From Patescibacteria group bacterium (GTDB lineage Bacteria; Patescibacteriota; Patescibacteriia; JACQRZ01): a stretch of DNA of 64,000 nucleotides. Below the pieces are notes generated by a model. It searched no databases, was not told where the DNA came from, and worked only from the letters and a program-made list of their open reading frames with translations. A program made the position numbers and the translations under genes. Below, in pieces: positions 37,943-47,625 of this stretch; within the stretch, counting starts at the first letter, position 1; each line of letters starts with the position of its first letter. Location: the NCBI GenBank assembly GCA_038065125.1, contig JBBTRP010000006.1, positions 172 to 64,171 on the forward strand. Reading direction: 5' to 3'.

Positions 37943-38392
37943 ATGCTTGACGGAGTTCAAGTCACGCCACTAAAAAAAATTCCAGATGTGCGCGGCACCA
38001 TTATGCCTGGTGTCCGTTGTGACACGTTGATGAATCCTTTCGGCGAGGTCTATTTCAAGAAGCTGTATGCAGGTATTATCAATGGGTGGCATGTACATGA
38101 GACGCTGACGCTGAATTACATCTGTATTGCGGGAATGATCAAGATCGTTCTTTACGACATGCGGGAGAGCTCTCTGACATTCAAGCAGTTGCAGGAAGTG
38201 TATCTTGGTGATGACAACTATGCGCTCCTCCACATTCCTCCTGGGATTGCGAATGCCGTAAAAAGTATCGCCTTACCTCACGCACTTTTTTGCAACATCG
38301 CATCTGAGCCGCATAATCCGAATATAAAGTACAGAAGAATCGATCCGCACTCGAGCGAGATACCATACGATTGGAGCAAAAAAGATTTTTAA
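37943..38392 (+). CDS. RmlC/FdtA-like cupin sugar-nucleotide 3,5-epimerase or 3,4-ketoisomerase
   Basis: 149 aa from the internal ATG. RmlC-like segments (HVHETL, LLHIPPGIANAVKSI). Confidence 0.7.
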   Translation: MLDGVQVTPLKKIPDVRGTIMPGVRCDTLMNPFGEVYFKKLYAGIINGWHVHETLTLNYICIAGMIKIVLYDMRESSLTFKQLQEVYLGDDNYALLHIPPGIANAVKSIALPHALFCNIASEPHNPNIKYRRIDPHSSEIPYDWSKKDF

Positions 38393-38404
38393 GAAGTCCA
38401 CCCG

Positions 38405-39007
38405 ATGACGGACGTTAATGTATTTATCGAGACCTTTACGCATAAAGTCACTACTGCGCTTTGCTCTGTTTCAGTCGAGCAGATAAAATCGGCAATTGCA
38501 GCCCTTCGAGCGTGTTGCACTCGTTCGGGTCGCGTGTATGTTTTCGGAAACGGTGGTTCCTATGCAATGGCAGGGCATTGGTCAAGCGACTTGAATAAAG
38601 CAATTCTGTATAGGAGGGGCCGCAAGCGAACACAGAGTGATTTCTGTGTCGTTCGCTTGCCGATGAGTGACGCCGAATTAACCGCATGGGCAAACGACAG
38701 TGGCTATGATAGTGTATTTGCGGGTCCCCTGATGCATCTTGTCCGACCCGCCGATCTTGTAATTGCTCTTTCATGTTCCGGAAACTCTCTCAATGTTCTC
38801 AATGCTGTCAATGTCGCGAAACAGCTGGCCGTTCCCGTCATCGGATTCACTGGCTTTGATGGCGGAGAGCTTAAAAAAATTTCTGATATTTCAATTCATG
38901 TGCAGACAGAAAAGTCGGAGTATGCTGCGGTTGAAAGCGTTCACGCGACAGTCCTGAATCTCTTAACTGACTTCTTCAACACGAACGACAGTACGCTTGC
39001 GATATGA
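38405..39007 (+). CDS. gmhA: phosphoheptose (sedoheptulose-7-phosphate) isomerase, SIS domain
   Basis: GNGGS, ANDSGYDSVF, SCSGNSLNV, GFTGFDGG match GmhA signatures. Confidence 0.85.
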   Translation: MTDVNVFIETFTHKVTTALCSVSVEQIKSAIAALRACCTRSGRVYVFGNGGSYAMAGHWSSDLNKAILYRRGRKRTQSDFCVVRLPMSDAELTAWANDSGYDSVFAGPLMHLVRPADLVIALSCSGNSLNVLNAVNVAKQLAVPVIGFTGFDGGELKKISDISIHVQTEKSEYAAVESVHATVLNLLTDFFNTNDSTLAI

Positions 39008-39819
39008 CCATGAATAAGAACATCCCGATTGTGATTTTGTGCGGTGGAAAAGGAACTCGTCTCAAAGAGGAGACGGAGTATAAACCAAAACCTCTCGTTC
39101 GAATCGGTGAAAAGCCGATCCTTTGGCACATTATTAAACTTTACGCGCACTTTGGCTTCTCGCGTTTTATCCTCACACTTGGATATAAAGGAGATATGAT
39201 TAAGGATTATTTTCTGAATCATCGCTTTCTCGGCAACGACTTTACGCTTCACTGTTCCACTAATCAAATTGACTTTCATAGCGACGACACACTTGACGTT
39301 TCAATTACCTTTGTAAATACCGGCAGCGAAGCACTGACCGGCGAGCGTCTTCAAAAGATTAAGAAGTATATTGACACAGATTATTTTATGGTAACCTATG
39401 GGGATGGAGTTGCTGACATCAACATTGAACGACTGCTGCGCTTTGCTCTGGAACAAAAAACACTTGGAACGATTACCGGTGCTCACCCCCATTCTAAATA
39501 CGGAATGCTGAAGGTACACAAAGATCTAAAGGTTGCTGAGCATTTTGTGCAAAAACCGTTGATGCACGACCTTATCAACGGTGGATTTATGGTTTTTCAA
39601 AAAAGTTTTTTTGAATATCTCGACAACACTATCATGGAAAATGCATTTGAAAAATTAATTCAGGAAAAGCATCTTTCTGTCTACGAGCACGATGGTTTTT
39701 GGATGGGAATGGATACTTATTCCGATGTCGAGGCACTCAATGAACTATGGAGGACTGAGAGGCCTTGGGCTCTGTGGGAGGAAAACCCCGAGTATGTTAC
39801 AGGTTCACGCCTTGCATGA
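39004..39819 (+). CDS. rfbF: glucose-1-phosphate cytidylyltransferase-like sugar-1-phosphate nucleotidyltransferase
   Basis: VILCGGKGTRLKEETEYKPKPLVRIGEKPILWHII is a near-canonical RfbF N-terminus. ATGA-type overlap with gmhA. Confidence 0.85.
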   Translation: MTMNKNIPIVILCGGKGTRLKEETEYKPKPLVRIGEKPILWHIIKLYAHFGFSRFILTLGYKGDMIKDYFLNHRFLGNDFTLHCSTNQIDFHSDDTLDVSITFVNTGSEALTGERLQKIKKYIDTDYFMVTYGDGVADINIERLLRFALEQKTLGTITGAHPHSKYGMLKVHKDLKVAEHFVQKPLMHDLINGGFMVFQKSFFEYLDNTIMENAFEKLIQEKHLSVYEHDGFWMGMDTYSDVEALNELWRTERPWALWEENPEYVTGSRLA

Positions 39820-40870
39820 TTTTTACAAAGGAAAGAAGGTTCTCATTACCGGACATACTGGTTTTAAGGGGGGCTGGCTTTCGCTAGCGCTTATTCGTCT
39901 TGGCGCACGCGTCTCCGGGATCTCCCTAGACCCGCCCGAGAAGAGTTTTTTTAATTGCGTGGGTATAGGTACTCTTCTTATTGACCACCGTCTCGACATT
40001 CGTAATGCCGATGCCATTGCTGGAGTAATTGCAGCAGAGCAACCTGATGTCATTTTTCATTTAGCGGCTCAACCTCTAGTGCGCGAGAGCTATAATGAAC
40101 CACTTGCTACATTTGCAACGAATGCGCTTGGCACTGCGCATGTCCTCGAGGTGATCCATTCTATCGAATCAATCCGCTCAGTCGTTTGTATCACCACAGA
40201 CAAGGTATATGAAAATGTCGGAGACGGTAGAGCGTACGCAGAAACTGACCGGCTTTCCGGCCATGATCCGTACAGTGCGAGTAAAGTGTGCGCTGAAATG
40301 GTTGCGCGCGCATACCACGCATCCTATGAGACTCTCGAACGAGAGGTTGGCATTGCAACAGCTCGCGCGGGAAATGTCATCGGGGGAGGGGATTGGGCAT
40401 GCGATCGTCTCGTTCCGGATATTATACGTTCTCATTTTGAGGGGACTCCGCTCGTTATTAGAAATCCTCAGGCATCCCGTCCGTGGCAGCATGTGCTTGA
40501 ACCTCTTTATGGATATATGCTTCTCGGTCGTGAGTTATACATGAGACCGAAAGAATTCTGCGGGGCATGGAACTTCGGACCGCGAGATGAAGACCAGTGT
40601 TCGGTTCAGGAGATACTCACAAAGATCGAGTATGTTCTCGACGTCAAGATGCGATACAATGTCTCGAGCGATTTATTGAGGCCAGAGGCACATCTACTTC
40701 GATTGAGCAGCGAAAAAGCAAGGATGCGGCTTGGATGGTGTCCGCTTCTTAATCTTGATCAAACCATATACATGACGAGTGATTGGTATCGACTCCAGAA
40801 TACGGGGCAAGACATGCGGAAAGTGAGTGAGTCCCAAATAGAAACTTTTTTCTCTGCAGTTACACCATGA
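39794..40870 (+). CDS. rfbG: CDP-glucose 4,6-dehydratase-like (extended SDR)
   Basis: FYKGKKVLITGHTGFKGGWL. YSASKVCAE. Start ATG 39794 overlaps the rfbF end by 26 nt; TTG 39812 is an alternative. Confidence 0.85.
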   Translation: MLQVHALHDFYKGKKVLITGHTGFKGGWLSLALIRLGARVSGISLDPPEKSFFNCVGIGTLLIDHRLDIRNADAIAGVIAAEQPDVIFHLAAQPLVRESYNEPLATFATNALGTAHVLEVIHSIESIRSVVCITTDKVYENVGDGRAYAETDRLSGHDPYSASKVCAEMVARAYHASYETLEREVGIATARAGNVIGGGDWACDRLVPDIIRSHFEGTPLVIRNPQASRPWQHVLEPLYGYMLLGRELYMRPKEFCGAWNFGPRDEDQCSVQEILTKIEYVLDVKMRYNVSSDLLRPEAHLLRLSSEKARMRLGWCPLLNLDQTIYMTSDWYRLQNTGQDMRKVSESQIETFFSAVTP

Positions 40871-41751
40871 CCATGAAACGATTACTCATTATTGGTGGAT
40901 CGGGTCAGCTTGGAGCGGCGCTTCGTAAAGACGCATCTTTTTTCGGCTATGAAGTATTCTCGCCGTCGAAGAAAGATCTTGATATTACCTGCGAGAGTTC
41001 AATCCTAGAAGAGTACGTACAAGACTGCGCACCGAATCTCGTTATTAATGCGGCGGCATATAATCTCGTTGCGTCGTCCGAAAATTTTCCGCTTGAAGCT
41101 ATGAACCTCAACTGTTTTTTTGTGGCAAATCTTGCTGCAGCGTGTTCAAAGATCTCTGCTCCTCTCGTGACTTATAGCACGGATTACGTCTTTGATGGAA
41201 AGAAAGGATCGCCGTATATTGAGCATGAACAGCCAAATCCCCTCCAGATGTATGGTATTTCAAAGTGTGCCGGCGAGTATGCAGCCCGAGCGTACTATGA
41301 AATGGGGTCGATTGTTATTCGCACCTGCGGCATCTATGGAGGCATTTCGGGAAGTAGACAAAAAGGGGGAAATTGCGTACTCAACTTCATTCGCCAATTG
41401 CGATTGGGCCTCAGCTTTTCCGTCAGCGCAGACCAGTGGGCAACCCCGACCTACGCCCAGTCAGTCAGTTGTGCGACCCTTGCTCTTCTTGAAACAGAAC
41501 CAGCGGCTGGCATCTATCATCTTGTCAACGAAGGGCATTGCTCATGGTATGACTTCGCACGAGAGATCAAACTCTTGATCGGCAGTTCAACACATATCGA
41601 GCCGATAGAGACTGATAAAAGTACTGTACCTGCCAGACCCCTTTTTTCAGTTCTTAGCAATGCGAAAGCGAAACGTCTAGGCATCCAACTGCCTTTTTGG
41701 AAAGATGCATTGGCCCAGTATATTGAGAGTGAACTCCTCCTAAATCGCTAA
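40867..41751 (+). CDS. RmlD-like NDP-4-keto-6-deoxyhexose reductase
   Basis: RLLIIGGSGQLG. YGISKCAGE. RmlD substrate-binding domain order. Confidence 0.8.
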   Translation: MTMKRLLIIGGSGQLGAALRKDASFFGYEVFSPSKKDLDITCESSILEEYVQDCAPNLVINAAAYNLVASSENFPLEAMNLNCFFVANLAAACSKISAPLVTYSTDYVFDGKKGSPYIEHEQPNPLQMYGISKCAGEYAARAYYEMGSIVIRTCGIYGGISGSRQKGGNCVLNFIRQLRLGLSFSVSADQWATPTYAQSVSCATLALLETEPAAGIYHLVNEGHCSWYDFAREIKLLIGSSTHIEPIETDKSTVPARPLFSVLSNAKAKRLGIQLPFWKDALAQYIESELLLNR

Positions 41752-41764
41752 CCGACCTGTAGGC

Positions 41765-42853
41765 ATGAAGCAAAAAGTAAGTATTTGCATCCCGGTATAT
41801 AATGGAGGTCAGTTACTGCGAAGGGCCATCGAGTCCGCGCTTACTCAAACGCACCCCACTGTTGAGGTTGTCATTGTGGATAACGCGAGTACAGATGAAA
41901 CGCCTACGCTTGTGGCAGAGTACGAGGCAAAGGACTCACGCGTAAAAAGCTTTCGGAACGAAAAAAATATCGGTAACAACCCGAATATTTTAAGGTCTTT
42001 TCAGCTTGCCACTGGCGACTTCGTCCAGCTACTGTGCCACGATGACTGGCTCTCACCCACGTATATTGCTGATGTTTATAGATTATTTGAACTTCATCCC
42101 GAGAGCTTATTTTGTACAGGAAAGGTTGTCGGATTTTTGTCAGATGAAGGCTTTTCGATCACAGAGTGCAATTATCAGAACTATTTTACCCGTGAAAAGT
42201 ACTCGATCTCGGATATACTAGGAAAGCTCTATTCATCAATCTGGTTGCACTATACTATTCTTGGAATGATGAGAAAAGATGATGTTGATAAGGCGATAGC
42301 GAACATGCCCGATGCCGTCTATCAGCAAAACTTCAGTTCTACTGATACGAATGGCTATTTACGGCAGATTTTTTCTGATGCATTTTTGATTCTTGTCATC
42401 CAGTCTCTTTTCTCATATCGATGGATCGGGGCGACTAATTCATGTTTTTATGCAAAAGTAGGCACAACGGTGACCAAAGAGCGCGTGGAGCGTATCTACC
42501 CGCGTAACACAATTCAGCAAGTCGTTGAATACCAAACAATGATTGCGGAGCACTATAGTAAGCTTTATTCGACGCTTGGTTTTTTAAAGTACCTTCCAGC
42601 GATGAAATACTATTTTTCACGCACGCTACTCAATGAACTTGTGATCCACTGCCTGAAGACTAAAACCTCATTACGGGCACTCTTACAGCATAAAAATGTA
42701 AGAGATTATCTAGCCTCCATCCCAAGAGTGCGACTCTTGGCTGAAATTATTCGCTGTTTGCCGTGGCTTGTCTTGAGAGGATTAGCGTATAATGCCCGCG
42801 GGCAAAGAAAAAAAAGGTTTACCAGCTTCTGCGTGCCGCCTACGCCCCTGTAG
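41765..42853 (+). CDS. glycosyltransferase family 2
   Basis: VSICIPVYNGG..VVIVDNASTDET..HDD. Confidence 0.8.
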   Translation: MKQKVSICIPVYNGGQLLRRAIESALTQTHPTVEVVIVDNASTDETPTLVAEYEAKDSRVKSFRNEKNIGNNPNILRSFQLATGDFVQLLCHDDWLSPTYIADVYRLFELHPESLFCTGKVVGFLSDEGFSITECNYQNYFTREKYSISDILGKLYSSIWLHYTILGMMRKDDVDKAIANMPDAVYQQNFSSTDTNGYLRQIFSDAFLILVIQSLFSYRWIGATNSCFYAKVGTTVTKERVERIYPRNTIQQVVEYQTMIAEHYSKLYSTLGFLKYLPAMKYYFSRTLLNELVIHCLKTKTSLRALLQHKNVRDYLASIPRVRLLAEIIRCLPWLVLRGLAYNARGQRKKRFTSFCVPPTPL

Positions 42854-43823
42854 TATAACGTTTCATGTCCGCATCGACCATCATTTCAACGAGGCCAGAA
42901 AAGTCAACCGTGTGCCGCCATCCGAGAATGCGGAGTGCTTTCTCTGAGTTTCCGTGCAGATGATCGACGTCTGTGGGACGCTTGTGGGTAGACGTCGAAA
43001 TAACATATCGCTCCCAGTCAGCAATGTCTACATGTTCGAACGAACGCTGAACGAATTCGCGCACAGAATGACTCTCGCCGGTTGCTACGGCAAAGTCGTC
43101 TGGCACATCGTGTTGGAGCATGCGATACATCGCTTCTACATAATCTCCCGCAAAACCCCAATCGCGCCGAGCGTCTAGGTTCCCAAGCTCGAGCTTTTCA
43201 GCAAGTCCAAGCTTGATGCGCGCAACGGCGTCCGTGATTTTTCGTGTAACGAACTGCTTGCCGCGAAGAGGGGATTCATGATTGAAGAGAATGCCGTTTG
43301 CCGTAAAGAGGCCATAGGAGTGGCGGAAGTTGACAGTAATCCAGTAAGCGTTCAATTTTGCAATGGCGTAGGGACTTTGGGGATTGAAGGGCGTATTTTC
43401 GTCTTGTGTTCCGTCCTCTGATTTGCTCCCGCCGTACATCTCAGACGTCGACGCCTGGTAGAATTTCGAAAGCGGAGAAAAGAGCTTGATAGCGTTCAGG
43501 AGGTAAATCACACCGAGTGCGTTGACTTCAGTTGTGAGTTTTGCGAGGTCCCACGAGAGGCCCACAAAGGATTGCGCGGCAAGATTGTAGACTTCAGTGG
43601 GTCTGAGTTGCTTGACGAGGCGCAACAGTGACGCCTCATCCGTGAGGTCGCCGTCGACCAACTCAACATCCTTCGTGATTCCCAGCCAGTCGAGATTCGA
43701 GAAGTTTGGGTTTGAGTACCTACGGAGCATGCCGTAGACCTTATAGTCCTTCTCAAGTAGGAGTTTTGCAAGATAGGGACCGTCTTGGCCCAAAATTCCG
43801 GTAATCAGTGCCGTCTTTTTCAT
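42840..43823 (-). CDS. gmd: GDP-mannose 4,6-dehydratase
   Basis: ALITGILGQDGPYLAKLLLEKDYKVYG, SEMYG, YAIAKL, NHESPLRG are canonical Gmd motifs. Confidence 0.9.
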   Translation of the reverse strand: MKKTALITGILGQDGPYLAKLLLEKDYKVYGMLRRYSNPNFSNLDWLGITKDVELVDGDLTDEASLLRLVKQLRPTEVYNLAAQSFVGLSWDLAKLTTEVNALGVIYLLNAIKLFSPLSKFYQASTSEMYGGSKSEDGTQDENTPFNPQSPYAIAKLNAYWITVNFRHSYGLFTANGILFNHESPLRGKQFVTRKITDAVARIKLGLAEKLELGNLDARRDWGFAGDYVEAMYRMLQHDVPDDFAVATGESHSVREFVQRSFEHVDIADWERYVISTSTHKRPTDVDHLHGNSEKALRILGWRHTVDFSGLVEMMVDADMKRYTTGA

Positions 43824-43839
43824 ATGCCAAAGATTAGTA

Positions 43840-44835
43840 TTGACTGGTAAACAGTATCAAATTCATGATATGGTGCAAGTAGCTCACAGTATGGGAAAAA
43901 ACATCTCATTCAGCATTATTGTCCCAACGTATAATGAGGAGAGCGACATCGCACGAACGCTCTCAGCTCTTGAGGTACTTGAATATGAACAGTATGAAGT
44001 TATTGTGGTCGATGGACGATCGCACGACAGAACGGTTGAAATCGTGGAGTCATACACGAAGCGCCTGCCGTACTTCTCTCTTCTGTTTGAGCAGGTGAAC
44101 TACGGCGTATCCGCTGCCCGAAACATTGGCATTCAGGCCGCAAGACATGATGTCCTTGTGATTCTCAATGCAGATGTGATCCTACCTCCCAACTACTTGC
44201 ACCAGCTGGAGCCATACTACCAGCAAGGCTATGAGTGGGTTGCGGTTGTGGACCGAGTTATGAATTTGGAGACTGCATACGCACGGTTCATTGAAAGCGA
44301 AGCCTACATCGCTAGATTCGTGAAAAAAAACCACTGGGTCTGGACAGAAGGGTTCTCGTGTACTAAAAAAGCCGCGCTTTCAGTCGGGTGTTTTCCAGAA
44401 AAGATGCCAGGCTGCGGCGGGGAGGATGGCGTCTTTGGCGAGATGCTTGAAAAGTCGAATAAGGGCTTACGGGCCCTGGATATCATCGCGCCACATATCG
44501 CCCCTTGCGACTTTGACTCGTTCTATCGTGCGCAGATTGTTCGCGGGCGTGGTAGGACATTCCACTATTTTTTTGTGAAGCACTATACCTTCACGCACGT
44601 CGTTGTAGATACGCTCCTTTCATCGATCGTGCGTATCATGAAAATGTTGAGCGTTCTGTTCCCGCTTGCGGTAGTATTGAGACTTTCACGCTATTCGAAG
44701 CGCGGTAGTGCCGACGTGCCTATCTTTTTGTACCTTTTTTATCTTCGGGAAGCGGTTCTCTTACGAGGTATGTGGGAGGCGCTCTTGCGCGTTGCTGCGA
44801 GAGCGTTCAAAACGGCAGATACTCCCGTCCCATAA
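43840..44835 (+). CDS. glycosyltransferase family 2
   Basis: SIIVPTYNEE..VIVVDGRSHD..ILNADV. True start may be 43891. Confidence 0.75.
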   Translation: MTGKQYQIHDMVQVAHSMGKNISFSIIVPTYNEESDIARTLSALEVLEYEQYEVIVVDGRSHDRTVEIVESYTKRLPYFSLLFEQVNYGVSAARNIGIQAARHDVLVILNADVILPPNYLHQLEPYYQQGYEWVAVVDRVMNLETAYARFIESEAYIARFVKKNHWVWTEGFSCTKKAALSVGCFPEKMPGCGGEDGVFGEMLEKSNKGLRALDIIAPHIAPCDFDSFYRAQIVRGRGRTFHYFFVKHYTFTHVVVDTLLSSIVRIMKMLSVLFPLAVVLRLSRYSKRGSADVPIFLYLFYLREAVLLRGMWEALLRVAARAFKTADTPVP

Positions 44836-45947
44836 CTCCATTCTACAATGATTTCACTCGAACGCTTACCCATTTGCTCTCGCTCGTGTGGGTTATTGAG
44901 AAGTAGAGAGATATATTCCCCAAGCCGTACAACGTCGCCGACCGGATAGATGTACCCACTTCCGTCTTGCACGAGATCAGTGGCGCATCCGACAGCATCG
45001 GAAGTGATTATTGGCAACCCAAAACACATAGCCTCATTGACGACAAGTCCAAATGTCTCAAAGCCTGACGGCAAGACGAAAATGTCAGCGGCACCGAAGT
45101 AGAGAGAAAGTTCACTTTGATTTTTGAACCCCTCAAAGAAAACACCATCTATGGAGTTTTTTTTTGCGTAGGACTCAAGTTCGGATCGAAGTGGACCGTC
45201 GCCGACGAAAACGAGCACCGCACTCTTTTTTGGCAAGCAGGAAAACGCTTGCAAGACATCGTGCGGTCGCTTTCGATTGATCAACTTTGCGGCAAATAGA
45301 ACGATAGGAAGATCCGGATACCCCAGTCTTTTTTTAAGGTCAGATTTTTTTGGAAGTGCTTTGCGTTGTGTGAAGAAGTACTCATTGTCTACGGCATACG
45401 GCATAAAATAAAGCTTGCTTTCGGGAATTTTATAGTAATCGTAGAAAGCTCTGCTTTTTTTTCCAACGGGAAAGCATGCGGAGCATCCACTGAAAAAAAA
45501 TTTAAAAAAAAGTTTCTGTACATATGCCCGTACCCCTGAGTGGGGCGTGATGATCGTCTCGCCGCGGAAAAAGATCGGAACTCCTTTTATTCTCGCTGCA
45601 ACGTATGCAATGAGTGTCGTTGCGTGCGTGTATCCGTGGATGAGAAGGGCGTCATACGTGCCCACAAGGATTTCGTGCACAATTCCAAGATTGACCAGTC
45701 CAAAAAATGAGTTGACGTCAGGTTTAAAGGAGTAGTTCTTGAGAAAATGACAGACGTACCCACTCACAAGGTCGCGATCCCAGGTAAATCGGACGCCGAA
45801 ACCCGGATCAATAGCAGGCCGAAGTGCGTGGTCGGAACAGTAAAAAACAGTCACGTCAATTTCTGTGCACTCGGCAAGCTTTCGAAAGAATGGCGCGTGG
45901 TATTGAATTGGGTGAGTTTGCAGGATCGCAAGCCGGAACGGGTTCAT
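44739..45947 (-). CDS. glycosyltransferase family 4
   Basis: FVLPSGFETFGLVVNEAMCFGLPII. 97-nt convergent overlap with the preceding GT2. Confidence 0.8.
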   Translation of the reverse strand: MNPFRLAILQTHPIQYHAPFFRKLAECTEIDVTVFYCSDHALRPAIDPGFGVRFTWDRDLVSGYVCHFLKNYSFKPDVNSFFGLVNLGIVHEILVGTYDALLIHGYTHATTLIAYVAARIKGVPIFFRGETIITPHSGVRAYVQKLFFKFFFSGCSACFPVGKKSRAFYDYYKIPESKLYFMPYAVDNEYFFTQRKALPKKSDLKKRLGYPDLPIVLFAAKLINRKRPHDVLQAFSCLPKKSAVLVFVGDGPLRSELESYAKKNSIDGVFFEGFKNQSELSLYFGAADIFVLPSGFETFGLVVNEAMCFGLPIITSDAVGCATDLVQDGSGYIYPVGDVVRLGEYISLLLNNPHEREQMGKRSSEIIVEWSYGTGVSAVLNALAATRKSASHIPRKRTASRR

Positions 45948-47542
45948 TTCTTTTGTAGAATATAATAATCGACATACTGGAAGCTATTCTTATCCTGTAC
46001 GAGTAGAGATGAGAGGGGTGAGTTGGCGAGAACATTTTTTACGAGTGTTTTAGCCGTAACAAGAGGTACGAAGTACGGGCTTGTCGACCGCCAAACAAGG
46101 CGATATCTCTTCAATAGATCATCAAGGACTGCTTGAGTGTATTCGACATGAGCCTGCGGCACAAGCAACAGAATGTCTCCGGTTTGGCATTTTTCAAGTC
46201 CTGGTGAAAAAACAGAATAGTGCAGATCAAATTTAAGGCTGGAAAAACGAGTTGAGCGGGGGGTGGCCGAGCGAAGATCAAAGTCTTTATTCGTTAGGCC
46301 CCGGAATTCGAGAAATTGAGCCATAATCGAATAAGTACCCAGTCCCCCTGTATTGGCATCGAGCACGGAGTCAATAAATATACTAACGGGTTTATTCTTT
46401 GACTCCTTTATCAGTGGGATAAGGGTGTCAAGCATGTTATTGAAATTAAGAGGAAGGTACTTATTATAGGTGAGGTAGTGCGCCCCTGCCGGTATCACAT
46501 TGACCGCAAAGATAAGTAAGACAAGGATTACCGGAGCGATAATTTTTTTTGCCTGCATGCGTGAGATAAAAAAGGCAGCGGACGGGATAGCAAACGCATA
46601 AGCGCCGAGCAGGTATTGCGGACCGTAGAATCCAAGGGCAAGGTATGCGATCATAAAACACAAAGCAGCAAAAAGAAGAGCGTCGTAGAGAGGATGTGGC
46701 GAGTCGTGCTTGAGGGCTATTCTATAGATCCGATGCAGCCCGAGCGGCAGAATTGCAAAAAAAAGAAATGGATCAGAAAATGTGGCGTAGTTGATCAAGT
46801 TTTTTGCGAATACCAGAAGATTGAACGACTGATGGGTTATGAGTCCAAGATCTGCATATGGCAGGACAAGAAATTTATAAAAAACAAGATAGGTAATACT
46901 GGAGGCGAGAAGGAGTGTATCGAGTGCTTTTTCACGCGCGGTGCCTCCTTTCCAAAACAAAAAGATTCTGGCGATAGAGACCCCTCCAATAAGGATAAAG
47001 GCGGTTTCCTTATAGTAGATTGTTGCGTTTGCGGCCACTAAGGTTGCAAGAAGTAATGGAATAGTTTGCCTATTTAAAAACAGAGAGTAAAAAAATATGA
47101 ATAGGAGCGCATAAAAAATTACATTACGATCCGTAAGCTGCAGCCGAAACCACGATATTGTAAACGCCGGGAGGAGAAAGAGAAATATCGATGTGCATAA
47201 TGTTCGCCATCTACTCAGCCCACTCCAGCGAACAACGATCCACAGAAACACAGCAAACAGAATAAATTGGACCGCATGAAAGAAGAAATAGGCACGAGGG
47301 TGGTTTGAAAACAATGCTACGGCGTTATATTCCAGATCTGAAAGAGGCGTGAAGCGTCCAGTTGCCATCGAGTCGTAGTAGGGAAAATCTGGCGAATAGT
47401 AAAAAAGAGATTTATTAATTTGAAGAGTCTTAAGAAAAACAAAGTCGTCCGTCGGGCCAAGTAATGGTGAGACAAGAAAGATTGCCGAATATACCGCGAC
47501 GATAAGTATGTATACGAAAATGGCAGGATGAATTTTTTCCAT
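45944..47542 (-). CDS. polytopic membrane protein, putative GT-C glycosyltransferase (ArnT/PMT-like)
   Basis: About 13 TM. Acidic DD motif in the first loop (GPTDDFVFL). Confidence 0.5.
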   Translation of the reverse strand: MEKIHPAIFVYILIVAVYSAIFLVSPLLGPTDDFVFLKTLQINKSLFYYSPDFPYYDSMATGRFTPLSDLEYNAVALFSNHPRAYFFFHAVQFILFAVFLWIVVRWSGLSRWRTLCTSIFLFLLPAFTISWFRLQLTDRNVIFYALLFIFFYSLFLNRQTIPLLLATLVAANATIYYKETAFILIGGVSIARIFLFWKGGTAREKALDTLLLASSITYLVFYKFLVLPYADLGLITHQSFNLLVFAKNLINYATFSDPFLFFAILPLGLHRIYRIALKHDSPHPLYDALLFAALCFMIAYLALGFYGPQYLLGAYAFAIPSAAFFISRMQAKKIIAPVILVLLIFAVNVIPAGAHYLTYNKYLPLNFNNMLDTLIPLIKESKNKPVSIFIDSVLDANTGGLGTYSIMAQFLEFRGLTNKDFDLRSATPRSTRFSSLKFDLHYSVFSPGLEKCQTGDILLLVPQAHVEYTQAVLDDLLKRYRLVWRSTSPYFVPLVTAKTLVKNVLANSPLSSLLVQDKNSFQYVDYYILQKK

Positions 47543-47625
47543 ACCAGGAGGACGTTTGACGGTGAAGTGTCTATCTGTATACTATATTCAAAAGGAAATT
47601 TAATGCAAAGCTTTGAGTCGCAGAT

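Noticed and set aside
39004-39819. Calling the rfbF-like gene as the missing heptose nucleotidyltransferase (HddC)
   Set aside because: Its N-terminus matches glucose-1-phosphate cytidylyltransferase (KPKPLV..ILWHI) much better than HddC. A heptose role is kept only as a hypothesis.
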